A stretch of 64,000 bases of DNA from Hypanus sabinus (lineage: Eukaryota). Location of the stretch: NCBI RefSeq assembly GCF_030144855.1, contig NC_082706.1:149172001-149236000 (forward strand), read 5' to 3'. Below, in pieces: positions 1 through 16,520 of this stretch. A program made the position numbers and the translations under genes. Every line of letters starts with the position of its first letter. The first letter of the stretch is position 1. The notes beneath the pieces are model-generated. The model was given only the letters and a program-made list of their open reading frames with translations. It was not told the origin of the DNA and ran no database searches.

Positions 1-289
1 GACACATGAATTTGTAAATTAATTAACTAACATAAACTGCTCCTAATCTGTACGTGAGAGATATGATCTGGAGAGTTGGGACTGCGGGAGAATAAAATGG
101 GATTACGTGGCACTAGTGAAAATTGCTGGCTGAAGTACTGCATTAGATCAAAGAACTTCTGCAACAAACAACCTGTTGGAGGAACTCAGCGGGTCGATCA
201 GCGCCTGTGGGATGAAAGTACAGTCATCAAGAGTCCCTGTTGCTCTAGATCCAGCATAAGCAGTCTCTCGTGTCAGGAGAAGCCTGCTG

Positions 290-1909
<1,620 letters not shown>

Positions 1910-3169
1910 TAACCTAGCCAAAGCATGAAACAACAAACATTTCTCAGTTTCCTGGGAACACAACAATCTTGCCTCTTAATTTGGGATGGAAAACTAACTA
2001 AAATTGATTTAATGATCTGGTTTGCAGGACATAGTATTTTGAGGGAGTGTGCATAGATAAGTTAGCTTATGGAATTATAACCAACTATAATCTTCCTCAT
2101 GTTTATCTAAATCGTTTTGATGTTTTAGTTCTTACAAATTGGTGGCATGGGACAGCCTGAGCTCCTTAAATTTCCATGCTGACTAATTGGTGGTTCTTCC
2201 AGTCTGGAGATCATAATGCTGTCTCTGGAGAAAAGTTGTAATATGTTTACATATTACATATGTTTAAATTTTAGCTAAAAGTGTTGTATAGCACGAGTGG
2301 TTTAAACAGACCTACAGAACTTTCGTTTCACTTGACTCTATTTACCTAATAGCAAAATCAAAGGTGACTTTTAGGACTCAATGTAAAATTATTTTTTGCA
2401 CATTGCTAATGCAAATAACAGTATTTTATTTGAGATTAAGTGAAAGGGGTTTGGTATTCTTAATGACAGAATCCTGTGAGTTTTGCACTGCCTTAAAACA
2501 TCAGCATGGTAGATAAATCTGAGGGCATCGGATAACTTTAGGAAGTATTCATGTATTCCTTTCCATTTGGACTGAGTGATTTAGAGTTTACATCCTTTGC
2601 TGCTGTTGGAAGTACAGAGAGAAATAGTTTTGGAATAATAACCTTAGTGAAACAATTAATGCTTAATTATCATTGTTGCCTGGCCTAGTTAAAGAATGGC
2701 ACCACTGCAGTTTATATCACTTGTAATGTTCTGCATTTGTAGCCAGTGCAGAGTTTTGAATGTTTTTTTTAAAAACCATATTTCTATGAGAAATCGGGGC
2801 AGAATTAAGCCATTTGGCCCATTGAACTTTTCTATTCCTTCATGGCTAATTTATTATCCCCCTCAGCCCCATTCCCCTGCCTTCTCCGCATAACTTTTGA
2901 CACCCTAATTGGTGACTAGTAATATAGTTATGAAGGCTAATTTAGTGATTCTTTCCTATTCTTGGTTATTAATTGGGGCTTTCTATTGGTGCATCCACAT
3001 TGACGATTATTACCTGAGTAGATGGGTGAAATGATTTGGTAGTTTGGATCCCTCCATAGAGGTATCATCTGAAAGTAACATCTATAATTTCACACAGATT
3101 TTATGTTCTTTACTATGGCCATATGATTCTGCCAAAGTACATAACAATATACTTTGAGAGTACTAAAAA

Positions 3170-3537
3170 TAGAGCATGTCCTACCAGGATAGGTTGAGCG
3201 AGCTAGAGCTTTTCTCTTTGGAGTAAGGAAGAATGAGAGGCAACTTGGAAGTGTACAAGATGATAAGAGACATAAATTGAGTGGATAACCAGAGAGAATT
3301 TCCCAGATGGAAGTAGCTAATAACTTGGGTATAGTTTTAAGGTGATTGGAATTAAGTATAGGGGAGATACAAAGGTAGTTTATTTACACACAGAGTGGTG
3401 GGTGCATGGAATACCCTGCCAGAGGTAATATTTAAGAAACTCTTAGGTAGGCACATCAATGACAAAACAATGGACGGTTATGTAGAAGGGAAGGGGTTGG
3501 ATTGATCTTAGATTAGGTTAACAGGTCAGCACAACAT
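3170..3537 (+). mobile_element. Degenerate CR1 LINE 3' fragment
   Basis: Decayed CR1 ORF2 C-terminus (RL.ELELFSLE...MRG.L.EVYKMI; FTHRVVGAWNTLP) plus 3' UTR. Confidence 0.7.
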
Positions 3538-5864
3538 TAGAAATGTAGAAAATAGGTGTGGGAAAGGCCATTCGGCCCTTTGAGCCTGCACCGCCATTCA
3601 GTATGATCATGGCTGATCATCCAACTCAGAACCCTGTACCTGCTTTCTCTCCATACCCCCTGATCCCTTTAGCCACAAGGGCCATATCTAACTTCCTCTT
3701 AAATATAGCCAATGAACCGGCCTCAACTGTTTCCTGTGGCAGAGAATTCCACAGATTCAATACTCTCTGTGAAGAAGTTTTTCCTCATCTCGGTCCTAAA
3801 AGGCTTCCCCTTTATCCTTAAACTGTGACCCCTCGTTCTGGACTTCCCCAACATCGGAAACAATCTTCCTGCATCTAGCCTGTCCAATCCCTTTAGAATT
3901 TTATACGTTTCAATAAGATCCCCCCCTCAATCTTCTAAATTCCAGTGAGTATAAGCCTAGTGGATCCAGTCTTTCTTCTTATGAAAGACTGCCATTCCAG
4001 GAATCAATCTGGTGAAACTTTTCTGTACTCCCTCTATGCAAGAATGTCTTTACTCAGATTAGGGGACCAAAACTGCACGTGATATTCTAGGTGCAGTCTC
4101 ACCAAGGCCTTGTACAACTGCAGTAGAACCTCCCTGCTCCTGTACTCAAATTCTTTTGCTATGAATGCCAACATACCATTTGCCTTTTTCACCGCCTGCT
4201 GTACCTGCATGCCCACCTTCAATGACTGGTGTACAATGACACCCAGGTCTCGTTTCATCTCCCCTTTTCCTAATCGGCCACCGTTCAGATAATAATCTGT
4301 TTTCCTGTTCTTGCAACCAAAGTGGATAACCTCACATTTATCCATATTAAATTGCATCTGCCATGAATTTGCCCACTCACCTAACCTATCCATGGCACCC
4401 TGCATCCTCTTAGCATCTTCCTCACAGCTAACACCGCCGCCCAGCTTCGTATCATCCGCAAACTTGGAGATGCTGCAATTAATTCCCGCATCTAAATCAT
4501 TAATAAATATTGTAAACAACTGGGGTCCCAGCACTACCCCACTAGTCACTGCCTGCCATTCTGAAAGGGTCCCATTTACTCCCACTCTTTGCTTCCTGTC
4601 TGCCAACCAATTCTCTATCCACATCAATAACATACCCCCAATACCATGTGCTTTAAGTTTGCACACTGAGTTCCTGTGTGGGACTTTGTCAAAAGCCTTT
4701 TGAAAATCTAAATATACCACATCCACTGGCTCTCCCCTATCCACTCTACTAGTTACATCTTCAAAAAATTCTTTAAGATTCGTCAGACATGACTTTCCTT
4801 TCACAAATCCATGCTGACTTCATCCGATGATTTCACCTCTTTCCAAATGTGCTGTTATCACACCTTTAATAACCGACTCTAGCATTTTCCCCACCACCGA
4901 TGTCAGACTAACCAGTCTATAATTCCTCAGTTTCTCTCTTCCTCCTTTCTTTAAAAAGTGGGGTTACATTAGCCACCCTCCAATCCTCAGGAACTAATCC
5001 AGAATCTAAGGAGTTTTGAAAAATTATCACTAACGCATCCACTATTTCTTGGGCTACTTCCTTAAGCACTCTGGGATGCAGACCATCTGGCCCTGGGGAT
5101 TTATCTGCCTTTAATCCCTTGTTACGTATCCCGTAACTGGATAACTTACCAGCAAAGATAGAGAGGTCCGTTGAAGTCTGATGTCACTATTTTCAAATGT
5201 TTTTATTTGAAAAGGGGCACAAAAGTAAGGTTAATACAAACATTCAGATAATGCACGTCGTCAATATTCAATCTAAAGCGTGGGTATAGTAATAATCATC
5301 ATTAAGAAGTGAGCTCTACTGTTGTCTAGGGGATAATATATTGTCCATTGGAACTATAAAAGTCACTCAGAAGTCTGCAGGCTTCAGCCTTTTGGGAATC
5401 GCTGGGTTTCACGTGGGGCAACAGAGAGAGAGAGATTGGGGAGAAGAGGAAAGACTTGCCAGGTCTTTATGAAGCTTCCGTTGAATCGGGGGAGCGTGGG
5501 CTTCCCCGCCCCGATGTTAGTTAAAAGCGGTTTTCCGTGATACCAGCCACAAATTCCAATCCCGGAGCTAACGCACGTGGCTTCCTTCAGAATGGCTTCC
5601 CGCTACGGCGGGATCACTCTCGTGTCTTCTTGGTGCATCTGAAGGGGCTGTCCCCCTTAGACTCTCCTTTATACTTCCTCACGGGGTCGCAGGTGTCAAT
5701 CAGTTTGGGATGATGCAATCTCTCTCTCAACCAGCCCACTTTGCCCAAGGGCTTTACATGTGGTCTCCATGGGACAATAGTCACTGTCGCCTTATTTGGC
5801 ATCCTGGTGGAACGTGCTATTCGGCATGTTTCTCTCTCTCCCACTTCCTGAGTCTATTCAGCAC

Positions 5865-5898
<34 letters not shown>

Positions 5899-6392
5899 TC
5901 CTGGGTCTACTGACCCCCCTCCCCCCCAACGGGTGCTCTTGCGATTCTCACAAAGGAGGGGGCTGGGATCATAACACCCTTCAATTTACCTAACACCACT
6001 TCCCTACTAACATGTGTTTCCCTCCATCTCACTAGACCCTCGGTCCCTTACTATTTCCGGAAGGTTACTTATGTCCTCCTTAGTGAAGGCAGAACCAAAG
6101 TAGTTATTCATTTGGTCTGCCATGTCTTTGTTCCCTATGATCATTTCACCTGTTTCTGACTGTAAAGGACCTACATTTGTCTTGACCAATCTTTTTCTTT
6201 TCACGTATCTATAAAAGCTTTTACAGTCAGTTTTTATGTTCCCTGCCAGCTTTCTCTCATAAACTTTTTTTCCTTTCCTAATTAAGCCCTTTGTCCTCCT
6301 CTGCTGGTCTCTGAATTTTTCCCAGTCCTCAGGTGTGCCGCTTTTTTTTGCTCATTTATATGTTTCTTCTTTGGACTTAATACTATCCCTAA
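3538..6392 (-). mobile_element. 5'-truncated CR1 LINE with RT domain, interrupted by a solo LTR
   Basis: ORF 4034..4804 has CR1 RT motifs ([27 protein letters not shown]). The CR1 sequence resumes at 5977 after the insertion. Short TTCTA-type tail near 3540. Confidence 0.92.
5120..5976 (-). mobile_element. Solo LTR (857 bp) inserted in the CR1
   Basis: Termini TGTTA...TAACA; 4 bp TSD CCCT (5116-5119 and 5977-5980); minus-strand TATAAA (5668-5673) upstream of AATAAA (5202-5207); no coding domains. Confidence 0.85.
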
Positions 6393-7954
6393 TTTGTGAT
6401 TTTTGCAGGATTATCCTTGTTTGGATCATTTAAAACAAAAAATCGCTGTCTTATAAACTTGTCACTATGAAACTACTGTGGCTGACTGCTGGAAATATTG
6501 GCAGGAATGAGCTGCTCACATACCTAACACTTTTTCTTTGTGAAGAACATTAGCTTGATTGATTTACTTCTTTGGGGAGGGGGCACAGTTGGGCGAACGC
6601 ATTGAAGATAAATAAAGCTTAGTTGAAAGGGGAATTACATGAAATTGGCAACATTTGCACTGTAGTCGAAAATGTTGCCAGGGAAATTCCTTGTAGTCCT
6701 ATTGCCCTAGGGAATTTGCCTACAATGACACCGCTAATTAGCTGTACTGCAGGTGATCAACAAGCAGTGTAGTTAACAAAACACCCCTCATAGACGGTCC
6801 CCTGAGAAGGAGGAGGACAATTTGTTTCCACTCCAGTTCTGAGATGGTTGACGTGGCCACAGGGGTAAGAAGTATTTGACTGAGTGGGTAGATTGGGAGG
6901 TAGTGCACTCCTACTGTTGTTGCTAGGTTTCTGTCTGCTCAGAAAAGGTGACTTAAGACTTGATGCAGTCCTAAATCATCAGCCTCCATTATGAATAGTC
7001 TTGAGCAGGATTCCCACATTGGTGGACGGATGTGATACATAGTCGTTTTGAGAACATCCTTTAGTAGTTTTCTTTCAAGCTGGCAATCCCTTGCCTTGAT
7101 GCAACCCTGAATAATGCCTGCTTTGGAATTCTGGTGTCAAGCCTGCATGGTATGAGTAGAACTATGGAGCTAGCGTCTAGTAAAGTAGATCCTCTGTTGA
7201 TCTGGAAGGGAACATTGATGTTGGCCCAGTAGGTTTGGAGGATGTTGGTGCTAAGAAGATTACTTGATGGCCTCATTCTTGCAATTGGAAGTCTGGTTGC
7301 TTTTAATATGTTAATGATGGTGATAATATACTAGTGATGGTTGAAGACATCAAGGAAAAGGATTCTTCAAGATAATTTGCAATAGAGAAAAGAAACCTAG
7401 GTTTCCTTCACTGCTTAGAGAGCAATAATTGCATCTTTAAATGTGGAAAAGTGAGAAAGCAACTCCTCAACTATGCCATTAAAATTATAATATTATTGTT
7501 CTTTGATTGAAGCCAAAACATTTTTGAATAAAAGATGCAATAACAATGTAGACTTTTTCTAACTTTACCATCCAACCAATTAGTTTTAAAAGGCTATTCA
7601 CTTTTTCCTTTCTGTAGCACCAAATTAGTTTAAAAATACTTTTTGTATTGCTTCAAATTTGGATATGCAGTCATAATGTCATTGCAGATGAGCATAATGC
7701 AATGCCATGTAAAAATGCTGAATACTGCTGCTGAGGTCAGATTTAAAGCAAACAATTTGCAAAAAAAAATGAGACTATCAGTGATGCTTGAATCATAGAT
7801 ATCTTACTAATTACTTGGCATTGCTCCATGCACTGCTCTATTAAAATAAATTGTATTTTAATTGGATTCTGAAACTTGAGTACAAGTTTACAAATGAAGA
7901 TCTTCCAGCAAAACAAACTAAACCTATAGGGAGCAGTGGTTTACAAAGCAGCTT

Positions 7955-8475
7955 GAAGATGACATGCCAAGTGCCTTGAGACTCTGAAGCCCTCCGTTGG
8001 TCAGGGTTGACAATGAAAGTTGCACCCCAGCTGTCTAGGTGATATGCAAGCCTGGGCAATATGATATGGAGCATCAGCTGTTGCCCCTGTAGCAAGCTCC
8101 ACACAGCTCAACTCAACGTAGGATTGCCTCAGGAACCTTATCTCCAGATTTTTCCCTCTCAGTTTACTCCTGAGCCTTCCGCGTGAGGAGATATAGCCAC
8201 AAAGCAGCAGAGATTTGAAATCAGAGTTTTCCTTCTAGATGAGCCTCATTTGCCTGAAGCAACTGGTTATAAGGTATCAGTATCCAGCCTTTGACCCTCA
8301 CCTGTTATTAGAAACGGTTCCACCAGGCTTAGTAGCTAAGCCACATGAGAAGGCCAGGAGCTGGACCTGGTTGTCAGGCTATTTGAGGGGCACACAATTG
8401 GGAACATTTATAGCTGAGAGTGGTACTGGGAGCTTATCCCCACTACCACCCTTGGCTATAACAACATTAAAGAAC
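7955..8475 (+). mobile_element. Probable RTE-related non-LTR repeat fragment
   Basis: Resembles RTE-type untranslated or SINE-like repeats. Recognised by pattern only, no protein motif. Confidence 0.35.
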
Positions 8476-9334
8476 CATCTTGGAACTAATATAGTCTAAA
8501 TGTAGAAGAAACTTGGCTTTAATGATAGGTATTTCTTGAAGATTTGCTGTAAAAGCCTTCTGGGTTTCGCACACCTGAATTACAGACATCCCTATATTTG
8601 ACAGAGTTCCCATTGTATTAAATTTAAACATTCATTGTACAGGATTGTTCTTTCAGCAGAACTAGTTTCCTTTTAACATCATTTTCATTAACTGTTCTTT
8701 TCAGCCTTGAGCGTTTGATGCCATTCATTACTATACTGTGGAGGTCTGGTTACCATATCAACAGTTTTTATTGTTTACTGACTTGCAGAAAAAAAATGAT
8801 AGGAGCATCTGGAAAAATGGAGCCAGTTTATTAAATGGGAACAGCCTGTATTAACCTGGAGGAAGCAAAAAAAAAGGTTTATAATGTTTCTAAGGTCTTT
8901 GTGTATGGATATTTGAGTATCAGGTTAATATCATATGTTGTGATTGTGGATCCACTTAGTATTATCAGATGTTGTGATATGAATGTTAACCTGATTGGCA
9001 TTTCTGGAATTGCCCTGGAAGCTTATTTTCATTTTCCATATGTGTGTATTTTCCAAGTCTATTCTCAAAAGGTGAAAGGTCAACTCGATTTTCCAAAGCA
9101 CGTTGAGAACAGGCCTTCCACACTCATCACAACCTGAGGTAATGTTGGCAGCTAGCATTGCATTATTGAGTAGAGGATGATGCGTACGTAGCATTGATTA
9201 TTGCAAAGCATCCATGAGGTTTGAGCTGTTGGAGATACATGATTCTCCAGTAGTTGGAGAGCCCTACTTTTTGCCAGCTGGCCATGTTCTCTATTGAAGT
9301 AGCACTCCAGATTTCATTATTTATTATTATTGAG

Positions 9335-9605
9335 CTAGAGCGCAGAATAGGCCCTTCCAGCTAATCGAGCCATGCCGCCCAGCAATCCCCCAATTTTGTC
9401 CTAGCCTAATTACAGGACAATTTGCAAAGGCCAATTAACATGCCAACCTGTATGTCTGTGGACTGTGGGAGGAAACTGGAGCACCTAGAGGAAATCCACA
9501 CAGTCACAGGGCAAATGTACAGACTCCTCACAGACAGTGGTGGGAATGAACCCAGGTCGCTGGTACTGTGAAGTGTCGTGCTAATCTCTATGCTACCGTG
9601 TATCA
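9335..9605 (-). mobile_element. tRNA-derived V-SINE (HE1-like)
   Basis: Minus strand begins with a tRNA-like head (A box TAGCATAG, B box GGTTCATTCC), followed by the V-domain core, seen on + as GGGAGGAAACTGGAGCACCTAGAGGAAATCCAC. Related copies at ~9950-10130, 16250-16520 and 56220-56490. Confidence 0.8.
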
Positions 9606-12600
9606 TCCACCATTTGGGGTTGGAAGCATCATCATTCCCAAAATCACACCTCTTTGGGGCACCTCTGACAGCTCACCAATATCAATGCACTTTGGGTATT
9701 TTTATGCTTCTGATAGTGTAAGACATTTAAGCGCAGTTCCAAAAGATATAACCACAGTCATACAGCACAGAAACAGATGCATTGGTCATCAAATCTGTGC
9801 TAACCATCAAGTGCCTATTTACACTTCTTCTATACCTGTAAAGTTAACTGTTTATTCCCCTCCGTAGATACTGCTTGACCTGCTGGGTCCCTCCAGCATT
9901 CTTCCAATCACCATCCCCACCCTAGATCCTATCATTCATCTAAAAATTAGAAGCAATGGTCAATTAACCTATCAGTTTGTAGGTCTGTAGGACCCAGGAG
10001 TAAACCAGAGCAGTCGAGAGGAATGCTGTGCACTTGCAGGAAGAATGTGCAAACTCCACACATACCACTGAGGGTCGGAATCAATGCCATGTTCCTCGAG
10101 CTGTGAGATACCAACTGTGTCACTACGTCTCATACTATTTAAGTCATTAATATACATTTTAAAATTTAATATTTAGCTTCCTAATTTCTGAAATCCCACA
10201 TGCAGACATGAAATCAGTGAATAATGCTGCCCTGCTATGATCATTGAGTGGTTCCCTGTGGAGCTGTCCAGCCCAACATCAAATAGCATTGCAAATCCAT
10301 GTACACTTCTTTCAATCTTATGTACTGCATTCAGCATTCACAATGTGGACTCCTCTATGTTGGAGCATTAAAAAGCAGATTTATGACTGAGCTTAACCCC
10401 ACTCTTTTTCTGTTTCCTTCCCATCTTAGTGTTCCAGTTGAACCTTCTATACACCTAGGCATGTTGTAAATTTGGGGACACATGATTAAACAATTTCAGA
10501 GAAACAGCCTTTTCTTTGTGTCAGAACTGCCAGCTCTGATGCAAAGCTGTTGATTTATAATACCAGCTGTTATTTTTTCTCCACAGATGTTGCTTGGTAT
10601 GCTGAGTAGTTACACTTTTTTAATATTCAGGTTTTGAGCAATTATAGTGTTCACTTCACATTTCCAGCATTTTTAAAAGTGATCTGTACTCTTCATCTCC
10701 CACTACTTCCACCTCCAGGAAGATCAACTAAAAGCTTTTCCCTCTCTCTTTTAAATTGCATCAGCAGTATTTGTATCATATTGATCTCCACGCTATCACA
10801 GACACTTTATAATTCTACCACCACTATCTCTGCAAATTAAAATGCACTTGTTTTCAACTTATCCAGATCTGCTGAAAGATCATGGACCTGAAATGTTGAC
10901 CCTGTTATTCCCTTCATGGATGTTCCCTGACTTGTGAGCATTTCAAGTTCTTTCTATTTGTTTTTATTTCAGAGTTCTACCACCTGCAGTTTTTCTTTTT
11001 TTTTGAGAACTGGTTGGTTGCAGTGCATTTGTGTAAGCTGTCAACGGGAAAGATGCTTAGCTAATATTTATGCAGGGGAATGATGCTGGTGAAATATGGA
11101 AGAACTGAAATTAAGGTAATTAGGTTTAAAGGTATTAGGTGTTACACTGTACTCTATCAAAAATCGGTTTGGAATTTTGCTCATTGTTTGTCTTGTTAGC
11201 TATTTTGTCAGCGTTGCTTATTTCAATCCTACTTGTCAGTTTGTGATTATTTTGATCAAAAATTAACTCAATTTAACAAATGCTGAATTAGTTGGTGTTT
11301 AAAGTGACTTGTTTAAACCAAGTTTTTGCCTATTTAACAATTTAGTAGTAGTGAAACTGAAAATGTTGGAAATAAGTAGCAGGTCAAGGTACATCTATTG
11401 GGATTGGGGTGGAGGGGGAGGGCAGTGAAGGGTTAAGGTTTCAGTGTAATGACCTTTGGTTTTACAGAGTGAGCACATTACAGTGTTAATATGGATGGAG
11501 ATATACGTGCAAAGATGGAAAATTGCATCCTTTTTTTAAAAGAAAGATTAAATTTATGTTGAAGGTGAAAAGGGAATGATGTTAGAAGATTGTTATCTGT
11601 TAGATGAAAGAAATAATAGGAAATAATAATGCAGGAGTGGGAGATCCATCTATGAAACATGGCAAAACATTATACTTGAAGCTATATTGTACTAACTGAT
11701 CTAATTTAATGAAAAATAAGTCTCCTATTATTATTTTGTGTTTGAGTGTTTGTGGAAATCTTTAATCTTTAAAGCTGCTGAGCAATTATAAAAGGAGTGC
11801 CATTTGGTTGCCTTTTGTGTTTCAAGGAATATTAATTCCATTCAGAATGTTACTATCAGAATTTTCAAATATGCAAAGAAATTTAAAGACAATTTGTTTT
11901 TGAGAAACTGGTCTGGTGGATGACAATTACAAGGCATGAGTTAAATTATATTTTTTATGTAGAGCCAGACTGGAAAAGTGATTGAATTACCATGCAGCAT
12001 TTGATTAAGTTAGAATCTCTTTTTTTTGACTCTTCAGGAAAGGAATTGAACTGTCAGCCTGTATAGAGTTGGCATCGTATCACAATGCTGATTCAGTGAG
12101 GTGGTTACTTTTTATAATATACTAGATGGACTACTTTCATTGTGCAATTTATAATATTGATCACTGTACCTAAATACAGGATAATTTCTTTGGCTATTTT
12201 TGGCTTACAAAGTTCTTATTAGCTGTATTGAGAATTGGTTAAGAAATCAAACTTCATTGAAAAACCCATTATTGTGTTAATTTTATATTTCTAAAGTGGA
12301 ATCTTACTTAAGGAGTTACATACTGGGAAATATTACTTAATAAAAAAATCAGCAGTTGAGGTGTTTTCACAAATGTTTTCTTAAGGGATTATAGAACATA
12401 GAACTCTACAGCACATCACAGGCCCTTCGGCCCACAATGTTGTGCCGACCATGTAACCTACTCTAGAAACTGCCTAGAATTTCCCTACTACATAGCCTTC
12501 TGTTTTTCTAAGAATGACAACTAGAAAATTGCAAACTATGGCAGTTGATGCATATACAGTATAAATCGATCAGGAGATGCATATGCTATTCTTGTGGGAA

Positions 12601-15600
12601 AACTGAAGTGATGAGTAAAAATGGGCTGAGATCATAGCTGATCATTTTAGTTTAAAATAGCTTTTTATGTAGCATTTGTTGACACGCATATCCTGAAAGT
12701 CAACTCATTGAGTCTGTAATCTAGATCCCTTCCGTTATCTTGACCTCACTCGGTGAAACTGTTGTTGATCTTCAAAAGAGAAGCATCATAATTAGCCACA
12801 CATAACAGGATGTTACCACTTCTCTTTATGAATAAATACCTGTAGCTAATATTAAAAAAAAAATCAGTTGAAAATATAATCAGAATGTGTCTGGATATGC
12901 AAGTTCTCGTTTGGATATTGCACACACTGCTCAGGAACTTGCATTTGTTTCTTTGTTCATAAAAGGAATAAATGAAATCCAATATTTAATGAGTTGTGTA
13001 TTTCAACAAAATAAGTTATTGTTAAATATGCTATTCTTTCCATTTACATAAAAATACTTGACAGTTTTGGTGGAGTTTATTGTCTTTTAATGCTGTGTTA
13101 AACATATTTTAAAAATTTCTTAACCGTAGCTATTTTCCAACAGAGCCACATAAATTTGAGCAGTTTTAAAGCATTGTGATGTTGTAGGTCTAGTTGCTAA
13201 TCAATGTCTCTAGTCATCCTGGAAGTGATGGGTAAAAGACAAGTATTTATCAAAAAAAATTGTAAATACTTGTGTAGGAAGAAATTCCTGGCAGTTTTCT
13301 AATTTACATGTTCCTAATTTAGATTTTTAGTGTTGGCGTTCAAATACTTATTCATGAAGTACAGTAGTTAAATTGTTTCAGGTGGTTAAATCCAGTACAG
13401 AAAGCATTGAAAAGTACAGCCAGTATATGCTTTAATCCTCCTTTATCTTTGTGCCCCGTTCGTACTGGCGGAATGATAGCCCAAGGTAAGTATGCCGACT
13501 GGATTTAAACTCGCAAACTCCTAAACTGCCACCAGGAGTTTGGTAAAACTTGAATTTCTCCAGATTCTGAAGGTTATTTACCCAAAGCTGATTAAATACG
13601 TTATTTCACTGAAGAAATTTTGCAGCCTATGGGTGGGCACTTTGAAGATAATCATCTGTTACTGGATTTTATCTTAAAGTAACACTTGTGATTTAGGAAA
13701 CATAATTTTACCATTACTTTCCCCCCTGCATTTCATTTCACTTCATCTGGTATTTATGTGACTTTAGCATCACTGGGTGACTGATCCACAGATCTGAATT
13801 TTGCTGGGTTCCATGTGCAATTGCAGCTCTTCAGTGTTACACGCTAGTAAGTTTTCAGCACAGCTGAAAAATGTGGAATTCCTGAATGTACTGGCTGTGT
13901 TACGTCACTGATTTTCCCCAAATTAAACCCATGAGACCTGCAAGTCCATTCAAGTGAATTGAAATTTTAGGATTATAGGGAAAGAAGGAAGAGGAAACAT
14001 TTTGTGTTTCAATGCTTTGCAAAAGTTTTTACAAGTTCTGGTTATTAAATTTAAATGTTTTAAATTTTCTTCCATTCAGAAGCATTGAAAACCCTTGATG
14101 GATTTGCCAGCTAACAAATCTGACAATTGTGCTTTGCCAGTTCCCAAAAACCTTTGGAGGAGTTGTGAGGGTAATCCTGCTCCAATGTAACGCTTAAACA
14201 GTGGCTATTGCTGCTTGGGGCCTTATTGGTCAAGTCCAGGTTAGTGAGATTGATGAATAAATACGGATGCAGTAGCTCCGAAGGGAAGGCTGTTATGCTC
14301 TGTGGAGTGTCAGGGAGTTATATAACATGGAAACAAAGCATTCAGCCCAACTTGTCCCTGCTGACCAAGATACCTAGCAAGTTACCATTTGTGTAATTTG
14401 ACCTCTATCCCTCTAAACCTTTCCTATCATTGCACCTGTCCAATGTTTTTAAGCACTGTAATTGTACCTGCTTCTACCACTTCTCCTAATTTGTTCTGCA
14501 AACCCACCACGTCTGTGGGAAAAGTTACCCTTGGAGCTATGTTTAAATCTTTCCCCTCTTACCGTAGATCTGGATAAGATAACTTTAGTGGGAATCTTCC
14601 CAGAGACTGAGCTGCTACATGGCACTTCTGAATGTTAATGAAAATGCGGGGAGAAAGATGACACTTAATGGGCATATAAAATAAAATCAGAAAGCTGGAA
14701 AAACTCAGCAGGACAAGCAGTATCAATGGAAAAAGAAACCATTAATAGTTTGGGTCTGAGAGTTTGCATCAGAAGGGAAAACAAGTTACTCTGGGTCCTG
14801 GGGAAAGTGGAAGAGCTTAATAGGAAGAATAAAAGAAGTCTCTCTGATAGAGTGAAATGTGGATTCTAAGATGCATTTAAGCTTGTGTGTGATGTGTTGC
14901 AAAGGCTGAGTAATGTTACACTGCCTGGCCTCCTGTGACATGCTCACCAGGCCATAAAACACAAATGAAAGGAAAAGGAGCACAGTCAGTCCTGAATCAA
15001 AGAGAAAGTGCACTATCTAAAATTGCAAAATTCACTAGTGCAGACTGCAGCATCCTTGGTTGGAAGATGAGTTTTTGTTCCTTGAACTTGTCTTATTGTA
15101 ACAGTGCAGAAGGACATGGACAGGGATCAGACTGGGTGTGGGTTTGGGAATTAAAGTGCCAGTTGTATTTTGTTTTGAATCTTTTTCTTTCGCATTGTGA
15201 TCTTTGTATAACACTGCTATTTATCCCACCAGTGGCAGTAGCACTGTGGCACTTAACCACGCATTGCTCTACGACAACACTGGTGCCAAGCTGTAAGGGT
15301 CTTAATGCCCCTCCCTTGGACAACATCAGTGGCGTGGAGAGGGCAGACTTTCAGCTTGGGCAACTGCTGGTCTTCCACTTTTTAAAAAAAAAACCTTGCC
15401 CAGGCTTGCGCCTTAGAAACTTTCCAAGGCACAAATCCATGGTCTATTGAGACTAACAGAGGCCTACCTATCCCACCAGTGGGAATGGACATTTAATAAG
15501 ATTATTCTAGGTAACCTTTGTAATAGGATGTAACAAAAAAGTACAACTTCACATTTATCATGTGTATTATGGTTCACTTTAGATTATTGTAATGGATGAA

Positions 15601-16249
15601 ATGCAGCAGTCACTTAAACTCAAAAATTGCAGTTAGCCTTTTGACAGTAACTTTATTCTGTTTAAGTTACTGAATGTTGCTCTTAGTTGCCACACCTGAG
15701 TGTATTCTTGAATAATACTTCGATGTGTATCATCTATCTATAAGTTTCTTTCTAGAAGGGTAATTTTACATGTGATTTTAAATTGTAGTGATGTCATCTA
15801 GTCCTGCAGTGACAAAGTAGAATTGATCAAATAGTTGCTGTTCTCAATTTTTTAAATGTTGTTTGAATGGGCGGTAACTGAAGCAGAGCAGATTCCACAT
15901 CCGGTACATGTGACTGAATTTTTGAATTGATTAAAAAGGTAAGTGGTTGTGCTGAACTTGTATTAATGGAGAGAACATTGACTCAAGCGCAGATTTTATG
16001 CTAGAGTTGCATTTTTGGACTCTCATATCAAGCCACATAAAATGATCTGTTTCTATGTGGTTTTCTGGACTTGAAAAGTTGAGGCAGCTCAAGGAGAAAT
16101 GCAGTGGTACAATCTTGATGGGCCAGAAGACCTGTTTCTGTTTCGTTGTTTACTCTGATTTATTTTCCTTCAATTTCTCCTTTTAGCTGCAAAGGCCAAC
16201 ACAAATCTGGTTTTATTCCCACCAGGCTAACTTTGATATGTTTTTTATT

Positions 16250-16520
16250 CAGAGATACAACGTGGCAAGGCCATTCTGGCCCTGTGAGCCATGTTACCCA
16301 GCAACCCACCAATGTATCACTGGCCAAATTACAGAACAATTTATAATGACCAATTAAACTAATCTTTGGACTGTGGGAGGAAGCTGGAGCACCCAGAGGA
16401 AACCATATGGTCATGGGGAGAATGTACAAACTCTTACAGTTGATGCCGGGATTGAGCTCCTAATACCCATGACTTGAGCTGTAATAACATTGTGCTAATC
16501 GCTATGCTACTGTGGCACCC
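16250..16520 (-). mobile_element. tRNA-derived V-SINE (HE1-like)
   Basis: Same core (TTTGGACTGTGGGAGGAAGCTGGAGCACCCAGAGGAAACC) as the copy at 9335-9605. Confidence 0.8.

Noticed and set aside
9540-9605. tRNA gene
   Set aside because: A and B boxes belong to the degenerate head of a V-SINE; no cloverleaf.
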